Source: a bacterium (GTDB taxonomy: Bacteria > Patescibacteriota > Saccharimonadia > Saccharimonadales > SZUA-47). From it: 64,000 nucleotides of DNA. Shown here piece after piece: positions 29,922-38,772 of the stretch (position 1 is its first letter; every line of letters begins with the position of its first letter). Where the stretch lies: positions 362,383 through 426,382 of the forward strand of contig JAUIBF010000001.1 of NCBI GenBank assembly GCA_030428125.1, given 5' to 3'. Position numbers and translations under genes: made by a program. The notes beneath the pieces are model-generated. The model made no database searches and was not told where the DNA came from. It worked only from the letters and a program-made list of their open reading frames with translations.

Positions 29922-31169
29922 ATGAGTAAAATGACACTATCTGAAGAACTTGCTTGGCGTGGTTTTGTTAATCAGATGACGTTTGCTGATATATCTGAAC
30001 TAGATAATGAAAAAAGAACTTTTTATTTTGGGGTAGACCCTAGTGCTGATTCGATGCAAATTGGTAACCTGGCGGCTGCCATGATGTGTCGAGTTTTTAT
30101 AAATCACGGATTCAAGGCAGTGCTGTTAGTTGGTGGTGCAACAGGTATGATAGGTGACCCAGACGGCAAAAAACAAGAGCGCGAGTTAAAAACCCTAGAA
30201 GTTATAGAAGCCAATAAAAGTGCAATCGCAGCTCAATACAAGAAAGTATTTGATGGTGAGGAGTTCACACTTGTAGACAACTATGACTGGTTTAAAGACA
30301 TTAATTACCTAGATTTCTTACGAGATGTTGGAAAACACGCACCAATGCGAGTAATGGTCAATAGAGAGTTTGTCAGAGAACGATTGAGTGAGGACGGCGA
30401 AGGTATTAGCTATGCTGAATTCAGCTATTCGCTAATCCAGGGCTTTGATTTTGTACATTTGTTCAGGGAGCACGGAGTAACTATGCAGGTTGCTGGAGCC
30501 GATCAGTGGGGTAATAGTATCGCTGGAGTTGATTTGATTCGCAGGATGGAAGCCAGCGAAGCTCACGTATTCACTGTTCCGTTAATAGTAAATAAAGCAA
30601 CAGGTCAAAAGTTCGGGAAGACTGAAGGTGGAGCTGTTTGGCTAGACGAGAATAAAACCAGCGTCTATAAATTTTACCAGTTCTGGATAAACGCAGATGA
30701 TGAAGGTGTCGAAGATTACCTGAAAGTCTATACAGTGTTAGATAAGCCTACGATTGATGACATTATGTCTGCTCATAATGAAGCACGAAGTAATAGACTA
30801 GCTCAGAAACACTTAGCCTATGAGGTAACTAAGCTTGTTCACGGAGAAGTGAGGGCAAAGTCTATCCAAGTTCTAAGCGAAACGCTTTTTGGAGGTAAAC
30901 CGTACAGTGAACTAACAGCTGTAGATTTTAGAGAGCTAGAGACCGAGTTGCCGGTTGTATCAGGGGTAGATTTAGTAGAGCTTATTGTCTCGGGTGGCCT
31001 GGCATCGTCAAATGGTGAAGCTAGACGATTTTTAAGTAGCAATGCAATCTACGTAAACGGTATGCAGCTGCCACTAGAAAAAACTACACTCGATGAGAGT
31101 GATTTTATTGACGGCTATTGTGTTATTCGAAGAGGCAAAAACTCTAACGCTCTAGTTAAACGAGCTTAA
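29922..31169 (+). CDS. tyrS: tyrosine--tRNA ligase (HIGH signature reads QIGN)
   Basis: 415 aa with DPSADSMQIGNL in place of DPTADSLHIGHL, an intact KFGKTEGG (KMSKS equivalent) and a C-terminal S4-like domain. Confidence 0.9.
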   Translation: MSKMTLSEELAWRGFVNQMTFADISELDNEKRTFYFGVDPSADSMQIGNLAAAMMCRVFINHGFKAVLLVGGATGMIGDPDGKKQERELKTLEVIEANKSAIAAQYKKVFDGEEFTLVDNYDWFKDINYLDFLRDVGKHAPMRVMVNREFVRERLSEDGEGISYAEFSYSLIQGFDFVHLFREHGVTMQVAGADQWGNSIAGVDLIRRMEASEAHVFTVPLIVNKATGQKFGKTEGGAVWLDENKTSVYKFYQFWINADDEGVEDYLKVYTVLDKPTIDDIMSAHNEARSNRLAQKHLAYEVTKLVHGEVRAKSIQVLSETLFGGKPYSELTAVDFRELETELPVVSGVDLVELIVSGGLASSNGEARRFLSSNAIYVNGMQLPLEKTTLDESDFIDGYCVIRRGKNSNALVKRA

Positions 31170-31221
31170 TTTTGCTACACTCATACGTCGAATCATTTGA
31201 TAAATAATTTAGGAACAATTA

Positions 31222-31983
31222 ATGACAAACAACAAATCTATGAAGTTAAATAAAGCCGACCAGTACAACGACCCATCGCACAATTACCTCAAATACTGGG
31301 ATGGTCGTGATTATGAACAGGCAGCAGAAGAAATCGCTATTCGTAGACTATTAAAGGGTAAAAAGTTCAAACACGCTGTCGATGTTGGTGGAGGCTACGG
31401 ACGTCTATCTGTAGTATTACGCGACTTTGCTGACAAAGTGACCTTAGCTGAACCATCTCAGCAGCAACTAGATATATCTAAAGATTTCCTAAAAGACAAA
31501 CCAAAAGTTGAAGCTAAATTAGCTCAGGCCGAAAAGCTTCCGTTTAAAGACGGCGAATTAGATCTCGCGATGGTTGTGCGCGTTATTCACCATCTTCCAA
31601 ACCCAGTTCCGGCATTCGAAGAGATAAATCGTGTGCTTAAAAAAGATGGATACTTCTTAATTGAGTTTGCTAATTATTCAAACTTCAAAAACCGTGTTAA
31701 ACATGCTGCAAAAATGAAAAAAATGCCACTTGATCCGGTTGATATTCGAACCAAAGAAAGCAACATACCTTTCGTAAACCACAACCCAAAGACTGTTAAA
31801 AAGCAGCTTGCTCAGTGTGGCTTCAAACTAGAAGACGTCTTGTCGGTATCTAACTTTCGTTCTGCAACGTTAAAGAAGTATGTGCCAAAATCTACTCTGG
31901 TCAAGATGGAAAAAGCAATCCAGAAGCCACTTGCTAAAACTTACTTTGGTCCTTCGACTGTTTACTTACTGCGAAAGGTCTAA
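31222..31983 (+). CDS. class I SAM-dependent methyltransferase
   Basis: 253 aa with motif I VDVGGGYGRLS and a post-I acidic residue (LAEPS). Confidence 0.75.
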   Translation: MTNNKSMKLNKADQYNDPSHNYLKYWDGRDYEQAAEEIAIRRLLKGKKFKHAVDVGGGYGRLSVVLRDFADKVTLAEPSQQQLDISKDFLKDKPKVEAKLAQAEKLPFKDGELDLAMVVRVIHHLPNPVPAFEEINRVLKKDGYFLIEFANYSNFKNRVKHAAKMKKMPLDPVDIRTKESNIPFVNHNPKTVKKQLAQCGFKLEDVLSVSNFRSATLKKYVPKSTLVKMEKAIQKPLAKTYFGPSTVYLLRKV

Positions 31984-31987
31984 TCCA

Positions 31988-32233
31988 CTAAGTAGACTGT
32001 CCGGCTTTATGTCGTATAGCCGCGCCTCCAATTGATACTGCCGAGGCAGAATCTAGCACTACAGCGGCAACTATATTTAATGCAGAAGGGTTCATTATTG
32101 CTTCAATTGTTGTGTATGACCCAGCAGCAAACACTGCTGCTCTACCGTAGGCTATGTGTTTTGGTGTGCGAGTAACTCTTTCAAGCAAAGAGTTACTTTC
32201 TATATAACTAGCCATTCTTTCAATCACGAACAT
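31988..32233 (-). CDS. hypothetical small protein
   Basis: 81 aa, Ala/Ser-rich and hydrophobic. An AGGTAGGTGA SD-like sequence lies upstream on the minus strand. It is the only minus-strand ORF between two + strand genes here. Confidence 0.4.
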   Translation of the reverse strand: MFVIERMASYIESNSLLERVTRTPKHIAYGRAAVFAAGSYTTIEAIMNPSALNIVAAVVLDSASAVSIGGAAIRHKAGQST

Positions 32234-32268
32234 AATAATATCACCTACCTTTGTGTAATACTTTAAGT

Positions 32269-34287
32269 ATGGACATAAAAAAGGTTAAAGGTGTTGGCGA
32301 TGCTTTAGCTCAAAAATTTGCCAAGTTAAAAATCCATACCGTTCAAGATCTAGTAGACAACGTACCCCGACGTTATGACGATTATTCGGAAGTTATTTGT
32401 GTTAGTCAGATTCGTCCAGGTCCAGTGACAATTAAAGTTACACTTTCGGCAGTCAAGTCCAGGTATTCACGCAAAGGTTTGCATATAACAGAGGCCACTG
32501 CATCAGATGACTCAGGAAGCGTTAAGCTAGTTTGGTTTAATCAACCTTATAGGGCAAATGCATTAAAACCCGAAGAAGAGTACTTCGTATCTGGAGAATT
32601 TGCGAGTAGCTATAAATTTTTTGCTATTACCAATCCTGCTTGCGAGTTAGTCAGTTCTTTTCCGGTTAATACGGCTAGGCTGGTGCCAATTTATAGACTC
32701 ACCAAAGGACTAGGTCACGCTCAGGTGCGTAGAGTAGTCAAGAATGCCTTAGAATACTACAACCCAGAGGAAACCCTTCCAGAGTGGCTGTTAAATCAGC
32801 AGAAACTTATCCCAAAAGGACAAGCGCTACTAGAAATGCATTTCCCTAGCAGTAATCAAGCACTCGCAGAGGCCAAAAGAAGGTTGGGTTTTGAGGAGGT
32901 GTTCGAGCTGACTCTGGCTAGCGAGCTAAACAGGCAGGAATTCAAAGATAAACATGCTCTAGAAATACCTTTCAAGCAAAAACTTATTAAAGATTTTGTT
33001 TCTAATCTCCCTTTTGAGCTTACTGACGATCAGCGACGTGTTGCATGGGAAGTTTTCCAGGACATGGAAGAAGGAACTCCGATGAATAGGTTAGTTGAGG
33101 GGGATGTCGGTTCTGGTAAAACGGTCGTAGCTGTTTTAGCTGCATTAGGCGCTATAAGCTCTGGGTTCCAAGTTGCATTTATGGCACCAACGGAGCTGCT
33201 CGCTAATCAGCACGCTACCTCAATTTATAAGTTACTTGAATCGATAAACTACCACCAGGATATTCTGCTGCTAACTGGAAGTATGAATGCCAGCCAGAAA
33301 CAAAACGCATTACAAAAGATTAAATCAGGAGACGCAAAATTAGTCATTGGCACCCATGCAGTTTTCCAGGAAAAAGTTAAATTCAATAAACTGGGTCTTC
33401 TGATTGTGGACGAGCAGCATAGATTTGGAGTTGAACAGCGCAAAAAACTTCAGTCGAAGGCAAAACAGATGCCTCATGTACTGAACATGACTGCCACACC
33501 AATTCCGAGAAGCCTGGCCTTGACTCTATATGGAGAAATGGACGTTTCGATAATTTCTAAACTTCCGAAGGGACGTAAACAAGTAAAGACAGCTCTAGAA
33601 ATTCCAGAAAATCGTCAGAAATTGTATAAAAAAATATCTTCAGAAATCGATGCAGGGCGTCAAGTATTTGTGGTTTGTCCTCAGATTGAAGAAGGGGATA
33701 ATGCTCGGCTTTCAGCTGTTAAAACGCACGAACAGCTAACAAAAACCTGGCTAAAAGGCTATGAAGTTGGATTGTTGCATGGACAGATGAAATCAGAAAA
33801 CAAAGACAAAATTATGCAACAGTTCCTTGAAAAGAAGCTCGACGTATTGGTATCAACTACGGTAATTGAAGTCGGAGTTGACGTACCGAATGCTAGTGTC
33901 ATGATTATTGAAGGAGCAGATAAATTTGGCTTGGCACAGCTTCATCAGTTACGAGGGCGTGTAGGTAGAGGTTCAGACGAGGCGTACTGTTATCTTGTCT
34001 TGAGTGATAATGACGAGCCAACCAGAAGACTAAAGGTGTTAGAGCACGAGAGCAATGGGTTCCGCTTAGCAGAGTACGACTTAGAACTTCGTGGCCCAGG
34101 AGCCATTTACGGGACGATGCAACACGGCGAACTTGACTTAAGGGTTGCTAAGTTAACAGATGTAGAGCTAATCAAAAGCGCCAGGTTGTCTGCACAGGAA
34201 TTCGCACGGAGGGGCGAAAATCTGCTAAAATATAGTGAGTTGAATCGGCGCGTGAGCACGCTCCGTACTATAAACAATTTAAACTAG
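32269..34287 (+). CDS. recG: ATP-dependent DNA helicase RecG
   Basis: Has an OB wedge domain, Walker A GDVGSGKTVVA, VDEQHRFG and QLRGRVGRG. Start taken at the ATG 7 nt after TAATAC (32256-32261); the track ORF begins at the TTG at 32251. Confidence 0.92.
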   Translation: MDIKKVKGVGDALAQKFAKLKIHTVQDLVDNVPRRYDDYSEVICVSQIRPGPVTIKVTLSAVKSRYSRKGLHITEATASDDSGSVKLVWFNQPYRANALKPEEEYFVSGEFASSYKFFAITNPACELVSSFPVNTARLVPIYRLTKGLGHAQVRRVVKNALEYYNPEETLPEWLLNQQKLIPKGQALLEMHFPSSNQALAEAKRRLGFEEVFELTLASELNRQEFKDKHALEIPFKQKLIKDFVSNLPFELTDDQRRVAWEVFQDMEEGTPMNRLVEGDVGSGKTVVAVLAALGAISSGFQVAFMAPTELLANQHATSIYKLLESINYHQDILLLTGSMNASQKQNALQKIKSGDAKLVIGTHAVFQEKVKFNKLGLLIVDEQHRFGVEQRKKLQSKAKQMPHVLNMTATPIPRSLALTLYGEMDVSIISKLPKGRKQVKTALEIPENRQKLYKKISSEIDAGRQVFVVCPQIEEGDNARLSAVKTHEQLTKTWLKGYEVGLLHGQMKSENKDKIMQQFLEKKLDVLVSTTVIEVGVDVPNASVMIIEGADKFGLAQLHQLRGRVGRGSDEAYCYLVLSDNDEPTRRLKVLEHESNGFRLAEYDLELRGPGAIYGTMQHGELDLRVAKLTDVELIKSARLSAQEFARRGENLLKYSELNRRVSTLRTINNLN

Positions 34288-34296
34288 GAAAAACCA

Positions 34297-35124
34297 TTGT
34301 ATTCGGGTACGACCTTAACCAATAAATCAGGTGCAATTTTAGGTGCGCATCAAAAAATTGATCGCGTTGCATATAAGTACTTGCAAAAAATTACGCCTGG
34401 TGAAGATGTTAAGGATTTTCCCTCGCTGAAGAGCATTTTACATTTTGAGGGTAAAAATGGTCCTGACGGGATTAAACGCAAGAGCCCTGCCAAAGATGAG
34501 CCATGGCATTTTTATGATCCTTTTGATTCCGACGACACACAACTATTGGAAATAATTGACAATCACTATAAGGAGCTGGTTAAACAGCTAAAGAAAGGCA
34601 CACCTGAAAAAGCTGCATTCGATACAGCTTGGCTAGCACACGCAGTGGTAGATGGTTTGACGCCGGCTCACCACTTCCCGTATGAAGAAAAGCTAGAGGA
34701 ACTTCGTGGAGGTGGAATGCACGAACGTGACTCAATAAAAAATAAGATACTAATCCCAGGCGAAACTCCCGGGGAAAGCGTAAAGAACAATTGGCAGATG
34801 TGGGGTTTTGGTGGGTTAATGAGTATGCATGCAGCTTTTGAAGCCGGCGTAGCAATAATCATGGCGCCTATTAGCATGAAAAAGGCCATCCCAACTGATA
34901 CGGATTTAGAGTTGCTTGCAGAAATTGGTTATGAGGAATATTTCAAGCGTGCAGCACGAGAGATAGCCATGCTCGATATGTATGACCGATTCCACGACAA
35001 GGGTTGGACCCCTAAACTAGTTCGTGATGTACGAAACCATCTTGGTCCCGTAATAATCAAAACAGTCTGTATGGTCTGGTACTCTGCAATGCGCGAAGCC
35101 GGAATGCTCAAAGGTAAGAAGTAA
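34297..35124 (+). CDS. hypothetical protein, possibly a zinc-dependent phospholipase C / S1-P1 nuclease-like fold
   Basis: 275 aa with a TTG start. His/Asp clusters (GAHQKIDRVA, PWHFYD, WLAHAVVDGLTPAHH) resemble the metal ligand pattern of that superfamily, but this is a weak call by eye. Confidence 0.5.
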   Translation: MYSGTTLTNKSGAILGAHQKIDRVAYKYLQKITPGEDVKDFPSLKSILHFEGKNGPDGIKRKSPAKDEPWHFYDPFDSDDTQLLEIIDNHYKELVKQLKKGTPEKAAFDTAWLAHAVVDGLTPAHHFPYEEKLEELRGGGMHERDSIKNKILIPGETPGESVKNNWQMWGFGGLMSMHAAFEAGVAIIMAPISMKKAIPTDTDLELLAEIGYEEYFKRAAREIAMLDMYDRFHDKGWTPKLVRDVRNHLGPVIIKTVCMVWYSAMREAGMLKGKK

Positions 35125-35126
35125 AA

Positions 35127-35155
35127 TTGACAAAAGTAAGCATTAGTGGTATTAT
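35127..35155 (+). promoter_or_regulatory. near-consensus sigma-70 promoter ahead of a long untranslated region
   Basis: TTGACA(35127-35132)-N17-TATTAT(35150-35155) with an extended-10 TGg. About 185 nt then precede the rsmD ATG. Confidence 0.65.
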
Positions 35156-35347
35156 GATACTATAGGCACATTATGCGCTCGCTCATCTCAAGCACTTGTA
35201 GATAGTTTGGCTTTACTTCTTGAGAATCGGAACAAAGCGTATATATAATACGGAGTAGTGAGAATCGCAAAGAATAAAGTCAAAATATCACAAGAACTAC
35301 TTTCAAGACCACAACTTGATTGTGATTTGGAAAGTAGTGTTGCTTAG

Positions 35348-35875
35348 ATGAGAATAATATCTGGTAAATATAAATCTCGTATCATTTCCGATACAAAAAA
35401 CAACCGAACTCACCCAATGAGTGAGAAAATTAGGGGCGCGCTATTTAACTCTATTGGTGACATTGAAGGATTGAGTTTTTTGGACGCTTTCTCAGGCACA
35501 GGCGCAGTAGCTATAGAAGCGTTAAGTCGTGGGGCAGTGGGTGTTCACGCTGTCGAGATTAACGCAGACAGCTTCGAAACACTTAAAGGAAATAGAGATA
35601 AGATTACTGATGAAGATGAATTGCAGGTTCATAGAGCTAATGTCAGGACTTGGCTAAAAAATTACGATAAATACTTCGACATAGTAGTAGCTGACCCTCC
35701 TTATGACGCAATCGGAATGAAAGCGCTTGATGCTTGCGCCGAATATGTGAATTCCAAAGGTTTGCTAATCGTCTCTTTGCCTGTTGCAGAGCATATAGAT
35801 TTCAAGGGATTTAAAAAAGTAGACGAAAAACGATACGGCAACGCAAAACTAGTCTTTTATAAGAAGTTAAAATAG
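35348..35875 (+). CDS. rsmD: 16S rRNA (guanine966-N2)-methyltransferase RsmD
   Basis: 175 aa with FLDAFSGTGAVAIEALSRGA (SAM motif) and VADPPYD. Confidence 0.85.
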   Translation: MRIISGKYKSRIISDTKNNRTHPMSEKIRGALFNSIGDIEGLSFLDAFSGTGAVAIEALSRGAVGVHAVEINADSFETLKGNRDKITDEDELQVHRANVRTWLKNYDKYFDIVVADPPYDAIGMKALDACAEYVNSKGLLIVSLPVAEHIDFKGFKKVDEKRYGNAKLVFYKKLK

Positions 35876-35901
35876 GTTATAATTGCCCAGAGCAAATCCA
35901 T

Positions 35902-35926
35902 GCGGATGTGGTGGAATTGGTAGACA
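35902..35926 (+). pseudogene. 5' fragment (positions about 1-24) of a second tRNA-Leu
   Basis: GCGGATGTGGTGGAATTGGTAGACA. The 18 nt of the D-arm are identical to the intact tRNA at 35961-35978. The acceptor strand GCGGATG is complementary to CATCCGC at 36142-36148. Confidence 0.7.
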
Positions 35927-35953
35927 TTTAACATATAGTAGAATTTTTTGGAC

Positions 35954-36038
35954 GCGCGAGTGGTGGAATTGGTAGACACGCTAGTCTTAGGAACTAGTGC
36001 AGCAATGCGTGAAGGTTCAAGTCCTTTCTCGCGCACCA
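35954..36038 (+). tRNA. tRNA-Leu (anticodon UAG), CCA encoded
   Basis: Folded by hand: acceptor GCGCGAG/CTCGCGC, D-arm GTGGAATTGGTAGACAC, anticodon stem CTAGT/ACTAG with loop CTTAGGA, a long variable arm, T-arm GAAGG-TTCAAGT-CCTTT, and discriminator A plus CCA. Confidence 0.9.
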
Positions 36039-36064
36039 AAAAATCTTACTATTGTGTCGCTGGT

Positions 36065-36095
36065 CCCCAGTAGTAAGCCAAAGGCTACTACGGGG
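36065..36095 (+). other. 13-bp hairpin abutting the tRNA 3' fragment
   Basis: CCCCAGTAGTAAGCC-AAA-GGCTACTACGGGG with two bulged A residues and no T-run. Confidence 0.5.
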
Positions 36096-36099
36096 CATG

Positions 36100-36152
36100 C
36101 TTAGGAACTAGTGCAGCAATGCGTGAAGGTTCAAGTCCTTTCATCCGCACCA
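36100..36152 (+). pseudogene. 3' fragment (anticodon loop to CCA) of the second tRNA-Leu
   Basis: The 43 nt at 36100-36142 are identical to 35986-36028 of the intact tRNA. Its acceptor strand CATCCGC pairs with the 5' fragment at 35902-35908. The 5' strand of the anticodon stem is missing. Confidence 0.75.
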
Positions 36153-36190
36153 AAACAACCTGCCGACTCTTGAGGTCGGCTTGTTGTTTT
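36152..36190 (+). terminator. intrinsic terminator of the tRNA-Leu transcription unit
   Basis: Stem GCCGAC/GTCGGC within a longer helix (AAAACAAC..GTTGTTTT), followed by the T-rich run TTGTTGTTTT. Confidence 0.65.
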
Positions 36191-36286
36191 GTGGGAAAAA
36201 CGACTTGAACCGGAGGGGAGGAATGCCAGTGGCATTCTGAGCAGGAGCTTCACTTGAAAACTTGTTTTCAAAGTAAGCGACGATCC

Positions 36287-36306
36287 TCAAGTCCTTTCAT
36301 CCACAC
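36287..36306 (+). repeat. third copy of the tRNA-Leu 3' end (T-loop to acceptor)
   Basis: TCAAGTCCTTTCATCCACAC matches 36131-36150 with one mismatch. It looks like an att-type direct-repeat remnant. Confidence 0.6.
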
Positions 36307-36364
36307 AGGAACTAACAGGCGTATAAAATCGCAATAATTAAAAAATTATTGTAAAATAGCGTTT

Positions 36365-37003
36365 ATGAGTTTTGAGTTTGAACCCGAAGGCGTGGACTTT
36401 AAGGGCGTAGAGCAGGATTATGCAGATGAAACGTTCTTATCAATACTTGAAGAGCAAAAAAGAAAGCTAGAGGCAGATAAGACCTCGACAGTTGACTTTA
36501 GCTGTGGGAAAACCAGAATTGATAGCTATCGGCAGCTTAGAAACAGGATACTTGCATTTGGGGGAATTGTCTTTCCAGATGTGTATCGTGAAAACAAACG
36601 AGCGTCTCATTTTGGCATCGGCATGATATATGCTCACAAAAGTTTAGGGCTAGGCTGGGCGAGAACGCGACGCTTAGCTGGAAGTAAATATAGAGCCTTG
36701 ACCTTTCAGGTTGGTGAAGCAGTAAATCTGGAAGGAGAAATTGCTACGGCTACAGACCCGGAATATCACGTCCGGGCAATTACTGACGAGAGGTTTACTG
36801 ACCCGATGGGTGCATACTGGAAAGCGATACCTAGGCATGGTGCTGATGACGATGACAAGGCACACTTCATGCTAGGTTCTGGATTAGTTTTAACAATAGC
36901 TCAGGATGTAGAGACATTGAAGTTTACGGGCGATGAGCACGCCCAGGCCATGGCTAAGATACGGGATCAGGCTAACATGCTTCGAGGGCAATCTGGTAGT
37001 TAG
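36365..37003 (+). CDS. hypothetical protein (orphan island gene 1)
   Basis: 212 aa. TAAAAT(36352-36357)-N7-ATG, a leaderless-type start. The 7-bp inverted repeat AATAATT/AATTATT lies just upstream. No family recognised. Confidence 0.55.
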   Translation: MSFEFEPEGVDFKGVEQDYADETFLSILEEQKRKLEADKTSTVDFSCGKTRIDSYRQLRNRILAFGGIVFPDVYRENKRASHFGIGMIYAHKSLGLGWARTRRLAGSKYRALTFQVGEAVNLEGEIATATDPEYHVRAITDERFTDPMGAYWKAIPRHGADDDDKAHFMLGSGLVLTIAQDVETLKFTGDEHAQAMAKIRDQANMLRGQSGS

Positions 37004-37104
37004 CGCAGAATTATTTTTAAGTGTGATTTTTATGATACTTTCAAACTCGTAGCTTCTAAAGTAAACTAACATTACTAGTTAAGCTAGATGCGGGAAGATT
37101 TGTC

Positions 37105-37692
37105 ATGGGATGTAACGAGCTGTCAGAGAACGGTTTCACCGACTTAGTACAACATCACCTAGTGGTTGCTGAAGACCCGAATGTTTCGCACGGCACTCGT
37201 AGCATAGATGTAGAGATTCACGACACAAAGCAGGTCATCAGGACTTTTCATAAAACATCACTGCTGCTGACTGCATATCCTGGGTATTTCGACTTGTCAT
37301 TTCAATCGAGCGAGCCAGACCCCGACATCGCCGTCGAGAGAATGATTAGTCTGATAAGCAGTAAAAACGCCCCTTATGATCAAGACCTAGAAAGTCTTCG
37401 GGTTAGCAGGCTTGAACAAGAGCCAGGCATAGATGAGCGCGAGTATTGTACTGTTTTAGTATTTGACGAGCTTGGTCGCAGTGCAGTAAAACTCAGCGAC
37501 ACATTTGTGCAACTAAGGATACCAAGCAGGGTTGTTTTAGGGGACGTTTTTAGCCTCCAGGCTTTAATGGGGGTAGCCTGGCGGGCTACCGGAGCCGACA
37601 AAATTCATAGTGCTGATGTACCAAGTGTTTCGCCAAAAATATTCGCGCATGGATTTAATTTGTCAATGTACGCCGAACAAATGTTTCAATAA
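37105..37692 (+). CDS. hypothetical protein (orphan island gene 2)
   Basis: 195 aa and acidic. No motif recognised. Confidence 0.5.
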   Translation: MGCNELSENGFTDLVQHHLVVAEDPNVSHGTRSIDVEIHDTKQVIRTFHKTSLLLTAYPGYFDLSFQSSEPDPDIAVERMISLISSKNAPYDQDLESLRVSRLEQEPGIDEREYCTVLVFDELGRSAVKLSDTFVQLRIPSRVVLGDVFSLQALMGVAWRATGADKIHSADVPSVSPKIFAHGFNLSMYAEQMFQ

Positions 37693-37740
37693 GTGACATA
37701 AGCAATATCTAATTCACGGTTGTTTTGATACATTTATCTC

Positions 37741-38670
37741 ATGGTAGAAACTTACAGACCGAATTTTGTTGTGGCAGCTGAATATTATGCTACAAGAGGT
37801 TCTGAGACTTCAGAGCTAGCGACACTACTAAAGCCTGAAGGTGATTTTCCTGACTTCGCTCAAAATGTATCTGGTATATGGGTTCCTCACGAGATCTCTG
37901 AAGACCATGAAAGATTCGACAAGCTAAACTTACTAGCTAATACCGTTTCACAACAGCGTGTCGACGAAGGTGAAGAACCGCTTCGGCTCTATTGTGATTT
38001 GTCTTGTTCTGGGTCGGTAAAGGATGTCATTAAATATCTGGGGAGGTTTTATAGAAGAACTTTTGCGCCTCATGTAACTGTTACGTTTGCACCAAAAGTT
38101 GAACCAGAATTAATCAAAGCCGTACTTGAGGATCATGCAGTACTGGAGGGTAAATGGGTTCATGACTTCATGCTCTCAGGTGTATTGCCAGAGGACAATC
38201 CTAATCCGGGAGAGTTCAACATGAAAAGGAGTCCAAAGAAAGAGATAAACAGAACTCGCAAAAGATCTAAGTTAGTTGCTCAGTTTGAAGAAAAAGGATA
38301 TCCAGGCTTAGTAGGGTTGTGCGGTCTAGGTTCCTTGGCATTACACACACTTCACGATCAACCCTATTTAGCAATGGGTGTAGATGACGGCGAAGGCTAC
38401 GTAGTTAAGTTAGGTGAAGACGATTTAGTCTTTAAGCGAGGTAGTACTTTAGCTGAGACTTTGCCACAAGCTACAATGACAGATTTGTTATTTGGTAGGG
38501 CTTTATTCAAAGACGCTACAGGCGAGCATACATCATTCGATATGGTTGATAAATCCGGTCGTCCGGAAGACCTGAAAAGGATATACGAAACAGTTGTTGC
38601 TAATATTAAAGACCGTAGGCAAAGAGTTGCTGAATACATAGCAAGTCGAGAGGAATTTGTAATTGCCTAA
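37741..38670 (+). CDS. hypothetical protein (orphan island gene 3)
   Basis: 309 aa. TGaTACATT-N6-ATG. Contains a central basic patch, KRSPKKEINRTRKRSK. No family recognised. Confidence 0.55.
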   Translation: MVETYRPNFVVAAEYYATRGSETSELATLLKPEGDFPDFAQNVSGIWVPHEISEDHERFDKLNLLANTVSQQRVDEGEEPLRLYCDLSCSGSVKDVIKYLGRFYRRTFAPHVTVTFAPKVEPELIKAVLEDHAVLEGKWVHDFMLSGVLPEDNPNPGEFNMKRSPKKEINRTRKRSKLVAQFEEKGYPGLVGLCGLGSLALHTLHDQPYLAMGVDDGEGYVVKLGEDDLVFKRGSTLAETLPQATMTDLLFGRALFKDATGEHTSFDMVDKSGRPEDLKRIYETVVANIKDRRQRVAEYIASREEFVIA

Positions 38671-38692
38671 TAAAAGTATTATAATTAGTCTT

Positions 38693-38749
38693 ATGTTTAA
38701 ACCAGAAAGCATAATGACACATATGCAGCCGGGGTCAGTTCTTCGGTAA
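38693..38749 (+). CDS. candidate 18-aa micro-ORF (or the 5' part of a small RNA)
   Basis: TATAAT(38680-38685)-N7-ATG. Encodes MFKPESIMTHMQPGSVLR. A strong terminator follows 24 nt downstream. Confidence 0.25.
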   Translation: MFKPESIMTHMQPGSVLR

Positions 38750-38772
38750 GTTTTCTAGTTGTTTGAAATCTC

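Noticed and set aside
36191-36306. A possible tmRNA or degenerate tRNA between the tRNA terminator and the third 3'-end repeat.
   Set aside because: Only the T-loop/acceptor-like 20 nt match a tRNA. I could not build a complementary 5' acceptor strand, D-arm or anticodon arm, and the region is far too short for tmRNA. I report it only as a repeat remnant.
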